The position numbers and the translations under genes were made by a program. Below the pieces are notes generated by a model. It saw nothing but the letters and a program-made list of their open reading frames with translations, did not search any database and had not been told where the DNA came from. A stretch of 63,810 bases of DNA, filler included, from Reticulomyxa filosa (lineage: Eukaryota; Protista; Foraminifera), in NCBI GenBank assembly GCA_000512085.1. It is 18 parts of 18 records of this genome, joined end to end, with 100 filler letters (N's around TTAATTAATTAA, not from the genome) between each part and the next. Parts side by side here need not be neighbours in the genome. Positions count along the whole stretch, not along the records: positions 25,222 to 28,746 come from ASPP01006850.1; positions 28,847 to 34,826 come from ASPP01028404.1; positions 34,927 to 37,978 come from ASPP01016237.1; positions 38,079 to 40,446 come from ASPP01007568.1; 14 more parts are not named here. One strand, 5' to 3'. Below are positions 25,318 to 38,158 of this stretch, piece after piece (position 1 is the first letter of the stretch; the number at the start of each line of letters is the position of its first letter).

Positions 25318-26395
25318 TTGTCATTGGACGGTTGCCTAAATTGTGTGGTATTGTATTTGTCATGGAAATCGAGCCAAACGTGGTACGAACGCTCGTTCTT
25401 TAACAGTATTCATATCTTTGTGAAGCGCCTCATCATTCGACGGGTTCAGTTTGTCCGTGGCATCACCCTGCTGCAACGCGCCCATGTCATTGCCACTATA
25501 ACTGCTGATGATCCAAATCATAAGTTGCAGCCAGAATACCAGAAACAACAACAACAGCAACAACAACAAGAAGATGAGCCAAAGCCAAATGACAATGACA
25601 ATGGAGATGAAGATGACGATATAGTAATCGTCGACGATATCGAAGACAGCACTAAAAACGCGGATGATACGTTCCACCAAACTCAGGGCAGAAACTCCAT
25701 AGACATTATCACTGTTGGGAACGCAACACCTGTCCAAGATGAAACTCCTGTTACCGAGGATTTCGCAAACGACTTTTTTTCTTTAAGTTGTTTTTTTTTT
25801 TTTTTTTTTTTTGGGGAAAAAGCCAAGAGAGAAGGAGGGAGCAAGATAACAAAACACAACAAAAAATTTTTTTTTTTTTTTTTTGGATCGGCTAGCACAA
25901 GATTCTAAAAAAGATGGATCCGAAAAATTGCCTCGTATGTCCGTACAAACGCAAAACCTCTTCTTGCGATTGCATAACAAAAATTCACATGTGCGTGGCT
26001 CGAACCGTCGCATGAACTCAGCCCCAGACGAATTACAGTCAGAATTCAAGCTAAACGAACTCTTCGCTGATGACCACGTACTAAAACGCAAGCCTCCACT
26101 CCAAACACAGTTTACTGTCTCCATTGCCACCACTGTTGGAACGGTTGAAATGCAAAAGCGTGAGCTGAACCTCGAAAATCATCGCAGTGGATCACAAGGG
26201 CTCCATCGAGCATTAAGTGCTGCACATTTTCAAGATTTGGATATCCCTATCGATCATATCGATCGAATACTCGATACCTTGGCCAATGGACTAATTATGC
26301 AGAAAAGCACCATCAATTCGACCACTTTTCGTGAATCTCTTAAGCCGGCCACTGTTAGTTTGCCTTTGGAGACCTTGAATCAAGAGTACCAGTAA
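25318..26395 (+). CDS. C-terminal part of a 7TM/GPCR-like membrane protein with long cytoplasmic tail
   Basis: Last-helix-like SLDGCLNCVVLYLSW followed by amphipathic WYERSFFNSIHIF, a poly-Q/acidic tail and a second exon to stop 26395. 5' end truncated. Confidence 0.45.
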
Positions 26396-26991
26396 TATGC
26401 TATTATATTAAATTTTATGTTTTATGTAATTAGAAAAATAACACCCTCTTTTTTCACTTTGTTAAGTTTTTCAATCTTGTGAAAGATTTTTTTATTTTTA
26501 TATTTTTTTATTTTTTATTTTTTTTCATTTTCTTTTTTTTTTTTTCTTTGTCCCTTAGCTCCTTCTATTTCTCCTCTGGTCTTCCGCAATTTTTTAAATT
26601 TCCCTTGATTAATCTCCCTTACTATTTTTGAATCAAAAGATTCTGTCTTTAATTGGTGTTTCAATTGTATATTCTATCATTTCCACACATTGGGCAGTGT
26701 GAAATGATAAAAAATACATATTAAAAATCTTTTTTCTTTGTACTTGACGTACTGATCAATTTACTAACCCAAGTTGTTTATAATTGAAGTAAAAAACATA
26801 TGTCACAATCTGAATGTGATTCATTTTTGTACATTAGCAAGTTGATCAAATAGCAAAACAAAATTTTGGATAATCCTCAGTTTTGACAAAAACATCAACA
26901 CAACAGCAAAACAGTCTTCAGGGTATGTTGTTTTTTCATTATATATTTTTCTTCTCTTTTGATCATTAGAAACTGATTTTAAAAAAAACAA

Positions 26992-27809
26992 CTATTCGTC
27001 ATTGTCAAATGTATCAGAATCGCTGTCTTTGTCTTTATCGTCTGTATTGGATTCTGGTGGTATGTTTCCATTGGCTCGCACAGAAATTTGTTGAACCATA
27101 CCACTTACGATGAAGTACGAGTAATAGTATAATAAATAGATAAAATAATAGTGGTCACTCCTACGATCAAAAAAATCCAAAACACGGGCCGAGAGTACAA
27201 AGCATCGAGGGTTGTTAATAATGACCCCAACATCAATAATAAACCTAATATCAACAAATTTATTGGCAATCGAACAAAAAACGCCGGGTAGGTTTGCAAA
27301 AACCATTTTGAATTCTCTTTTCCGATCATATTTAAATTGCCCCACAATATTGCACTTTTTTTTTTGAAATGAGTCAATGTTATATATTTTTTTAAAGTTA
27401 AAATATATTTTAAAAAAATCAAAAAATTAACCTTGTAAGGGTACTGGCCAAGGCTGCTAAAAATCCGAGACATACAAGAATTGCAAACAAATCTTGGCGT
27501 CTTATTCCGCCGAGTTTGCTACTTTTAGGTATAGTTACACTTGCATTACTCACAATATAAGTGAAACCTGCGACCATCCCACCAAGGGATCCCACGAGCA
27601 TCCTTTTTTTAAAGAAAAAGAGATAGACCGTGCGTTCATCAAAGTCATATTTGAAAAGAGGAGAAACAAGGGACCAAACAAAAATATTTTTGCGATACTG
27701 CTTGCCAGTAAGCGAGAAGTCTTTTGCCGATTTCTTCTGGTTTCACCACTTCGGTCAGGGTAATCCAGTTTCTATCATAAATCCTTTGTAAGCCAAGTGG
27801 TTTTGACAT
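26992..27809 (-). CDS. Hypothetical ~4-TM membrane protein (multi-exon)
   Basis: ATG 27809 (MSKPLGLQRIYDRNW), hydrophobic exons MLVGSLGGMVAGFTY, FAILVCLGFLAALAS and LPINLLILGLLLMLGSLL. Acidic tail lies in a shifted frame. Confidence 0.55.
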
Positions 27810-28846
27810 TTCGAATGAAGAAGCTCAATGAACTGAAATCATAGGATTTTTCAAGAAAAATACTTCCTCAGTCGTTCAAGGGCGACCCTGCTGTTCTTGG
27901 GACGTTGGCCTGAGATTGAAAGAGCATGAATAGCTTAAATTTTATTTAAAATGATATCAAAAATAAAAAAAATGAAGCACAAAAATGTCAAATGAATAAA
28001 CAATACCGGAAAAAATCACAAAAATGTCAATAAAGAGAAAAGCGCAAATATTTATTTTCAATCGATTATTGCTGAGACTGCCAAGAAATAGTAAAGAAAA
28101 TTTGAAAAACGTCAAATGCAAGAATTACATGTGTAATTATAACAAGTTGCGTCATTATTGATAAAAGTAACAAATTTGTTGATAAAAATGCTATAGACAA
28201 GTTGCGTTTGTTGATTTTTTTTCTTTTTTTACAGATAAAATATGATAAACGATAAACTGATAACTAGTTCCACATATCCTTATATGATATAGCGCGCAAA
28301 AATAAGATAAAAAATGCCTAATCAACTAACTGCACACAATTTAATTTAATAAAACAAAAATTCTAATTTTTAAAAATTTCAATACAGATAAGCGCAATGC
28401 ATAATTGTATATTTAACTGCCACAATATGTACTAGTATATGAAGTGTTCATCATAACAGACAAGCATTTGCCATGCATATCAGTAGATTGTAAAAAAAAC
28501 CACCATAACTAAATGGCACTATATAAAGAGAATCGATTTTCTCCATGAAAAATAAAGATTTAAACCTAAATTTTTTTAAAAAATAACTACTAATCTTGTA
28601 GTTTTTAAATATTAAATTTTTTTTTTTGCTAATTTTTTTTATTGTTGATATTTTAATTGATATTTCAAATTTTGATTTAAAACGGTGAAACATTTGATTG
28701 CTTTTAAGAAAGGAGTTGCTGTTGATATACTGGTTGGTGGAGCTAGNNNNNNNNNNNNNNNNNNNNNNNNNNNNNNNNNNNNNNNNNNNNTTAATTAATT
28801 AANNNNNNNNNNNNNNNNNNNNNNNNNNNNNNNNNNNNNNNNNNNN

Positions 28847-31800
28847 GGGGAGACGAGATTTTTATGCCTTGATTCGCCATTACATGCACAATGAGATACC
28901 ACCTAGCAAATCCTTTCAGGGCGTGATGAGAAACTTAGGAGGTTGCAGTGATCCACAATTTCAAAAGTGCTTGGCAGAGGTATTGGAAAAAGTATTTCGA
29001 AAAAGTGCAAAAGAGATATCAACATTAATGAGTGATTGGGGATCTTTGAAATGTGTGGAAATGAATCTTCAAGATGAAGATTGCAGACATTGTATGTTGG
29101 TGTGTGAGAAGCCCTATTCCTGGCAATTGTTGTTGGATCACAATCTATTGTCATGTGAAGACGCAGTATTTTTATTTGATAGTAAATTTGCATCGGACAC
29201 AGCCACCATGACAAGTTATGATCATTTGCACAAAGTCATCAATTGCATGCAGATTGGAAACAAAGTTGTCTTATACAAGTTGAAATCGATTCACGAATGT
29301 CTTTATGACATGCTCAATCAAAGATATTCTACTGATTCTTCAGGTATGTTTTTTTACCTTTTTTTTTTTTTTTTTTAAAAAAAAAAGTTATTCCTCACTT
29401 CTTTCTCTTATTTTCTTCCAGAAAACCGCTTTTGCCGTGTGGCTATGGAGGATCAGACCAAAGATTGCACTGTTGCAAAAGAATTTAAATGTATCGTCAT
29501 TGTCTTCAAAGAAGATATAGAGAATTCAGTTACGCCATTTATTGAATAATTTATTCAATATTTTGTTTTTGACTTGTTTATTTTTTTTTTTTTTTGCAAA
29601 GGCGGAAAAAGCATTTTTTGGACGTTTTGAGAGGCAATACATTTCATACGCTGGGTCATTGTCTCCATCCAGTCTTGAAAAAGTAGATATCTTTAAAAGG
29701 TATTTGTGTAACCGCTACGGTCTCTTTGGAGAAAAGAATTTACCTGAATTGTTTTGCGGATTCAATGATGACACAATTCCTTCGGCTATCCTCCATATTT
29801 TGTTGCAACAAGGTAATCGTGATAACGAAGACATAAAACAAGATGAAACAGAGCAATTATTGAAATTGTTTTATCCACTTCGCCATCCAGCCAAAATTGC
29901 GAGTTTGGTAATAAATTCATCTTCTCGAAATTTGGACCATACGAATCAATCTTTTAACACATTTGTTAAGTGTCTTCTTTTTAATGGAAAAAAAAGTGTT
30001 CATTAAACTATCCACAAAAGAAAATAAAATACAAATAGGAGCAAGTCCTGGACACTGCAAAGAAAAATTGTAATAAAGAAATGTTGCTAATTTTGACCTG
30101 TGATTTGGAATACAACTCCTTTCAACGTAAATGGAATAGTAAGCATATTAGCGATTATATGAAAGTAAGTCATCTCGAAAAAGATGTCACAAATTTCTTT
30201 GAGAGTTCCAAGAAAAACAGACTCATCTTGCAATACCAGCACAAGACCAATGACTTGACACAGTTTTTTCAAATCAAATGTATTCTCGAAAGTGCCTATT
30301 CTTCGCATTGCAGAAAATTCGACAACGAGAAATCTATCAATGAAAAATTAGTCGTTCTTATTGTTCATAATGTTATGGAACAAAAGAGTCCATTTCCTAT
30401 CATTTTTTCACAGTTTAAGCAAACTCTGTTTTGTAAAACAATAGAAATATTCACCAACATTTTGTTGTGGAAATATTTTGAATAGGAAGTGGAAACTTGC
30501 TTTTGTTGATTCTCTAACCAGTCGATCATCAATAGACTTGAAAAACTTGACCACGAGTGACCAAACAGCTGTGATTTATCAGTACCCCTCGTTTGAGCAA
30601 GTTTGTTTTTATCTTTTCTTGTATATACGCGCATATATACACATACATATATGCCAGAGCCACTCTTTTTTTATATGTTTGAATCAGATGCAAAGACTGA
30701 TACAGCGTGCCTTTTTTTATTTGGAATTTCCTTCTTCTTTCAGCTCTTCATTTGAGTTGAAAGCTGATGTGGTGCCCAAAGAGGTTCCAGATCTGATGAT
30801 AAAGAGATTGAAATTAGTGTTAAAGAAAAACATTCCTTCTAATTATGTTATCAACGAGATTAAAAAAGTGGCTGAGCAGGTTATAAAAAGATCTCAGCCC
30901 AGTTTTATTCAAACCTATCAAACCTTTGTAGATAATTTGATCATTTTTGCATGGATTAGAGTCCTACTACCCCTTTATGAAAACTGCTATCTTCAAGTTT
31001 TTTTGTTTGTTTATTTTTTTTTTGTAAACATAAAACAAATGAATAAACGCAAAAATGGAAAAAAAATGAAACACTTCACAAAAGGCAATACAAAATAAAG
31101 TCGATTCAAGACAGGAATTAATAAACATTTTTGTAGCAAGTGTTGAAAATGAGGCATTGGTTCCATTGTTCGATAGAGGTAAGATAACTGATCGAGAATT
31201 GCATATTTGGAAAGTGAAAGTATGTTATCAAGCATGTTTCCCATTTAGCTGGAATTTTCACATGTGCTGTCTTGACGAACTCCAAGTCATCTCCAATGAC
31301 ACTTTGAATACGGAGTCTATTAGCATCAATGATGAGATATTGAAAACTTGTGCTCTCTTGAAAAGTAATTTGGATGGCAATGGTGATAATGCTTTCTTAG
31401 AATTGAATCAATGCAGTCTTGAAACTTGTGAATTTTATGCGAAGGATGTGATTCGTGGGAAATTTCATGCCTACTTTTCAATGGAAGACAGCGATCAAAT
31501 AGCTGAAATTCTCAAAGATATTGTATTGTGTATAGTTCAAATAGTTATTGGTAAGAATAATCCTGTGAGTATCCCATCTATTGAGACAGTTTTTTATTAT
31601 TTCGAGAATGTCATTACCAAGTATGTGCAACTGGTGTTTCTCTTCAAAGATGCAGCTGTGGTGATGTCGGATATCAAAGAAATATTGTCGAATTGTGAAT
31701 TGACAATGTCTTTGGAGCAATTGACTATGGTTACATCCATCATGTGCGAATATTTCTTAACACATGAGCCTCCAGAAAGTGAGTTGGACAACTTTGCTCC

Positions 31801-34800
31801 CAAAATGACAATTGCATGTCATGCAACAATAACTATTCTCAAGTATCTGCCCCAACAACAATATGCTGAAGTTCAAGTCTATCAAGATTTTTTGTCGGTA
31901 TGTCGACAGCTTCATATGAAGACCTTAATCATTAAACATTTTGAAAAACCTGTTGTAAGCCCGATCACAGAAAATGAAGATTATAATAATGGCAATGGAT
32001 TTAAGGTACGAGAAGGATTTTTGAAAGATGTGAATGTCATTCCTGAGATAATCAAGTCTACGACCAAATATATCATTCTTCCTCATTCCAAGATTTATTT
32101 CATTCGCGATTTGTTACATGCTGTTGAAAGTATTGAACACATAGAGGAATCCAATAACCAAAAAATATTTCAAGATGTCATCCAAACACTATTTGATGAA
32201 CCACAAAAATTTGTTGAATTATCTTTGTGGAAATATTTACTCAAGTTTCAATCTTTGGAAATATTGGTACGAAATCAATGGCTACACATTCTAAAATCTC
32301 CTGAGGCCCTCATTGATTTGATTCGTGTTTATGAAAAGTTATTTGTGGACACTGACTTCAAAATAAATGTATTTGAGCAAGAAAGTTATGATGTAAATCA
32401 AAAAATCGCAGTAGTTGCAAAATTAAAAGTTCAATTGACGAAGCACGTATATTCTCTTTTTGAGAATGCAATAGTGATCGAAGAGATGTTTAAAAAGAGA
32501 ACACTGAAATTGATATTCGATAACATTTGCAAAGACTTATTATATTTCAAAATCAAACAAACCAAATTTGATAATTCTTGGAACGAATATGAACAACATT
32601 TACATCAATGGTTTTTAAGAGAATGTTATATGTTGAAGGGTGTCAATTGGACAAAACACTTTTTCACACAACTGTTGATTCGAAAGCAATACCCAGTCTT
32701 TAGTCACAAGGAAGTGAGCAATGTCTTTTCTCAATTGCAATGGCAACGTAGCAAGGATCAGTTCGCACAGCCATTTAATGTAACATTTCGAAAAAGGTAC
32801 AATTATTTCAAAGAGAAATTAGCAGCAGGTGATTACAACTGTTACAAAGGAGACAAACAAGATATTCCTCCTTTATTAACCGCTGCACTCTCCATATGGA
32901 TCTCTACCTCTCAGTACGAAGAATTAAGTTATCATTTGCGCAAAATAGAGATATTCAAATTTTTACAAAATCTAAATTTCATAAATTTACCAGTGGAACA
33001 AGCATTTGTAAATGAATTGCTGTCAACAAATTCAATATTTCATTCATCACATTTCAAAGATGCAACTGATGAAACCATTACTCGCCTTTGTTTTCATTGG
33101 TTGGGCACCCTGCAAATTACGAAAAGTTCTTTACTTTGTTTGTTTTTGTGGAAAACGAGAATTCACAATACTTGAATTGTTTGTTGCAGATAACCCATTC
33201 AAAGTATTGTTAACTAATCCCACCAAATTTGAAAAAGAGAGAAAACCAGGTGAGCAGTCTGAAGACAAAACGCAAGAGACAGAATTTATAATTTGTTATT
33301 GCTCAAATGGGCATTCCTTTTTTGTAAAGAAATATCAGAGCTATCGCAAGGATATCAAATGTCCAGATCCTTGGTGTGATGCATTAATTAACAAAGTGGA
33401 TACAACATCAAACACACAAACTGTCATTGAGTAATGAACAAAAAGAAGTATTTTCTGTTTGTTTGTTTCAAACTACAAAACATAAAAATTACATTGTGTG
33501 TAAATTAATAGTGAGAATAAAGAAGACACAAAGCTGGCCACAACGATGTCTCCATCAAGTTGTACATTGTTACAATTGTTGGGTCGTTTGACATTACTGT
33601 TGAGAAGCGCATGTGAACCACAGAAAAATGTAGTTTGTTTGTGGAAAGAAGCGAAACAGAAATTTCTATCGTTATCCAAAATGACGGAGATGAACGAGGA
33701 ACAACTTTGTATAGCCTTGCATGAGTGGCTGTGTGAATTTCCTCAATGGTTCAATAAAACATATCCCAATGTATTAAATAAAGTGGATTTGCAAAGTATT
33801 AATCAATTTGAAACCAAAATTGAAGAAAAATATTCCCAATTTTTCAAACATTACAAAGCATCACATTTTTCACAAAAGATACAGCTCACTTCGAATATGC
33901 CCGATTACAAAAATGAAGAGGAACATGCTTCATCTAATCATTCGATGTCTCAAATGTTTTTAGAAATTCGTCTTGTATCATCCACTAATCTGTTATACAA
34001 ATTTTACAGCAAACCGGAATTGGCGAGTGCATATCCATTGCTCTTTAATATGTTGAAATCAATCGATGATCTTGAATATGTCAAGTGCTTACCTGACATT
34101 GGCCAATGGATGAAACATTGTCATATGCAATTTTCTGGAAAATTGACACAGAAGCAGCATAACGAGATGACTGTAAGTAGTGCTATCCATGGTTGCAACA
34201 ATACAAAACTCAAAAAACATTGGGATCAGTTTGTCAAAGGATGGAATAGATTCAATGGTCGAAAGTTGAACATTGGATCAGCCACTGTCATAATTCCGAC
34301 CTTATCTCAAGATCCTAAATATGTATCTCTAAATCATTGTACGTCACGAACAGACACACCAGGAAGATATACTGTAGCAATTGTTGAAATGTTGCAAGAT
34401 ATTAATAATAACTTTCTGCAAAGTGTTCATTCCCATCGCAGAAGATCAATCGAAGATGAAGAAAAGAAAACAGAAAATAATGATAATACTATGGTTATTT
34501 CCAAATCTCTGTTTGATATCTCCAATCAAGACATTATTTGTATGGACAAGGCCGTGTTGGATAAAATTATTCGTTCTTGGTATTATCCTACATCAGAATA
34601 TGAACAAGATATTGATGAACAAGTTGATTTTCAATCAATTGAAAATGAAATATATGACAAGGCTATTTTAGGTCGACATATAATCAACATAAGTATTCCA
34701 TTGTTCCAATGCTCTGATGAAATGACTATTGAAAGTTATTTGGAATCTCTTGAACACTTCTATCCTGAAATCAAAAATCATACATCCAATTCTGATGAAT

Positions 34801-34826
34801 TGGAAATTATTCAGTCATTGTTTAGT
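28847..34826 (+). CDS. RNF213/mysterin-like giant AAA+ / E3-module protein, internal fragment
   Basis: Colinear similarity to RNF213: MRNLGG; FDSKFASD...KVINCMQIGNKVVLYKLKSIHECLYDMLNQRY; FCRVAM...CTVAKEFKCIVI...AFFGRFERQ; RZ-like CSNGH...CPDPWC; SPSSCTLLQLLGRL; VKCLPDI; FVKGWN; DFQSIENEI...ILG. Confidence 0.85.
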
Positions 34827-34926
34827 NNNNNNNNNNNNNNNNNNNNNNNNNNNNNNNNNNNNNNNNNNNNTTAATTAATTAANNNNNNNNNNNNNNNNNN
34901 NNNNNNNNNNNNNNNNNNNNNNNNNN

Positions 34927-34992
34927 GAAGAAGAAGAAGAAGAAGAAGAAGAAGAAGAAGAAGGAGAAGGAGAAGAAGAAGAAGGAGAAGGG
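34927..34992 (+). repeat. (GAA)n/(GGA) run encoding poly-Glu
   Basis: gaagaagaa tandem at contig start. Confidence 0.85.
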
Positions 34993-37978
34993 AAAACGAG
35001 TGTTCACAATGAAGAAAAAGCTCTGTCGTTTCAAGACCCAAACGTATGTATGGAAGTTTGGAAATTGATAGGCTTTGCAAAAGGCTATTCCAACTTGTCT
35101 GACTTTGAGAAAACGGAAAAAGCATTAAAAGAGGATTATGACAACACTGTCCAAGACGAATTGTTTTGCGATCAATTGTCTAGCGGCTCCTCTGTTTCTT
35201 CTGCTTCCTCGTCGTCGTCATTATCATCTTCTGTGTCTTCTATGTCTAACTCCGATGAGGACGGAAACGTTAATGGTAATACTGTTGGCTTGGAATCCGA
35301 GGCAAATAGCAATCTGCACGTTCAATCGAAACAACAACACAATGACAATAACAATGACAATGACAAAGATGAACATGAGCATAGACACAGACATAAAAAA
35401 CATAAACACAAACACAAGGACAAGCACGAACGCAAGGAAAAGCACAAACACAAGGACAAACACAAGGACAATCACAAACATAAACACAAGCACAAACGCA
35501 AGCATAAATGCAAAGACGGAGATGACAATGACAGCAACGAACATGAGGCGACACAGCCAACGAGTCAAGAAAAAGGAGTCAAAAGGGCAGTGCGAACAGA
35601 AAAGGAGGGAGAGGAAGAAGACAATCCAATCAAGGACCCGAATGACGAACTGCTTCATCAGTTGTTTGAAGACTTGAAAGATGCGGTGGTCGATGATGTG
35701 TTTTTCGACGAACACGACGGAATTGACTCTAATGCAATGTCACAAAAACACAAAGAAAAGGAGAAAAAGAAGAAGAAGAAGATAAAAAATGAAGAAAAAG
35801 AAGAAGAACTCGACGAGGATGAATTATTAACTATGGATAGTGTGGAGGAAACAGAGACAGTCGGTTCGCAACGTCGACGTGCCGCCAAGAATATAACGAA
35901 AAAAAAGAGCAAATACTTTGAAGATGAAGACAACGAGGAGAATAATGATACAGATGGGACCGATGATATTGATCGTGGCGACGATGATCATAACGATAAC
36001 AACAATACCAATGACAATGACAATGACAATGACCATGACCATGACAACGACAACGATGGGAATAATGAGAGAGACAAACATGCACCCCGCTGGTATGAGA
36101 CGTCATTTCAGAGTCCAAGAAAACATTGACAACCTTGCACGGACCAAACCAAGATGATGCTCCCCTTGACAAACTGTTCAAAGTACACAATGATTCCCCA
36201 ACGGCAATGTATTGGAATGTATCAACATCCACCAATGACTCCAGCCAAAAGCTAACAGGACAAAGCCGATTGTTCGGCAGCAGTTTATGGGATGATTCCC
36301 CGTTTGAAACAAGTCGAAGTGCAAGCAAAGATAAAAAGAAAAATCAACCCAAGGTCTTGCACTCCATTGTGCACATTTTCACTCCTTTTGCTCACTATTT
36401 ATACAATGCATATATATATTACATACATATATGTGTATATGCACACATACACTATATATATATATATATATATATACATATATATTGTATATTTATGAAA
36501 AAAAAAACAAAAACAAAAAAATACAAAATAAATAGTAATAATGATAACAATAAAGGAAATGCAATTGCGCCCCACTCCAGAAAATATTACACAAGTGTGG
36601 GAAGAAGTGAAAAAAAATCTGCTCAGCAAAGACATTGAAATATTGCAAGTGATTGAAACGCAAGAATTCAGAGACACTTTGTATGAATCCTTTGTGTTCC
36701 TTGAGGCGCTGGAAGGGAGATATATTGAAAAAAGAAAGCAGGAATATAACAAAACCAAGGTTGATCCACAATCATTGCCGCTGGAGATAAGTTCCCAATC
36801 GGAACAGATTCAATCACAATCTCAATCCGAAGAAAAAGAAAATGAACAAAAGGAGGAGAATACAAAAACAGAGGCAGAGGCAGAGACGGAGGTCGATGGG
36901 CAAGCTATCAGTGATTGGAAGGATTTTCAATTGAGCAGTGTGCAATTGACCACAGTTCCTTTTTTTTTTTTAAAAAAAAAAAAAATTAAAATGTTATAAC
37001 CACACAAACACACGTTTCAAAAAATTATATCGTTTTTATATTGTTTTGTTTTTTATATTGTATTGTATTGTCTCTTTCATTGGCGTGGCGAATAGACATC
37101 GAGTGGAACGGAAATAATATCCCCGAAACTAGACGATGAGATAACCCCGCCATTGTTGGAAATCATATTTGCAATTGTGAAAACATACATAGCCGAAATT
37201 TCGCAATGGTCCAGATTTTATTCAAAGCCTTCGTGTTCGCCATTCTTGTCGCAAGAGTATATTGACCACACCATTTCCATGCTCGAATACGACCCCGTGC
37301 ACTTTCTGCATGAGAACGATCCACGCAAGAACAATATCTATCAGTGGTTTGGCACAAAGTCGGAGGATTATCTCCATGTCCCGGTGTTGCGATTCAAGCA
37401 TCGTCAATTCCTTCACGAGTTTATCTTTGTTTTTTTTGTTTTTTTTTTTTTTTTTTTTGCAAAAAAAAACAATTGAAAAAAAAAACAACAAAACAATAGT
37501 CTCGTTTCTCTATTTTTTTTTCCAATGAGACAGCGCAAAACCGCAACGACTACCGAACGGACTTGTTCCGGAAGATGCCCCGCAATTATATGAAACGATC
37601 GAATATTTATTTAAACTGACTTATTTGCGAGATTGCATTTTGTTGGGACATTTAGAGGATCCAATCGCACTCACCAACTTGATTACGATGAAATCGGTAC
37701 TCATTTTGGAGAAAGTCTCCCAAGACAAAGTCTTTCTGCAGAGCTTTTTCTCCGAGTTAAAGAAGAGCTGTGCAGCTCCTGAGCAACATGTCGCAAATGA
37801 TGCTGAAAGACCAACCGACACTGACGTGGAGATGCGTGAAGCAACGCATCCCTCTATGTTAAGATCTTTTCTACCATATTTTGAAATCACATACACAAAA
37901 TTCGATACATTGCAATACAACAGCAACAATAAAAAAAACATTGTTTGTTTTATTTATTCAATTGTGGGAAAAAAAAAG
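34927..37978 (+). CDS. PPP4R3: Protein phosphatase 4 regulatory subunit 3 (SMEK/Psy2), internal fragment
   Basis: End of EVH1-like domain ALSFQDPNVCMEVWKLI; SMK-1 domain MLEYDP...KHRQFL...YLRDCIL...KVSQDKVFLQSFFSEL. Confidence 0.8.
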
Positions 37979-38158
37979 NNNNNNNNNNNNNNNNNNNNNN
38001 NNNNNNNNNNNNNNNNNNNNNNTTAATTAATTAANNNNNNNNNNNNNNNNNNNNNNNNNNNNNNNNNNNNNNNNNNNNAAAAAAAAAAAAAAAAAAATGA
38101 TAATGATGAAAATGACTACGAGCAATTGCACTATATAAAAAAAAAAAAAAAAAATGAA

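Noticed and set aside
35138-36328. Long alternative-frame and antisense ORFs (MT/VFV/CVC repeats)
   Set aside because: Shadows of the low-complexity PP4R3 coding strand.
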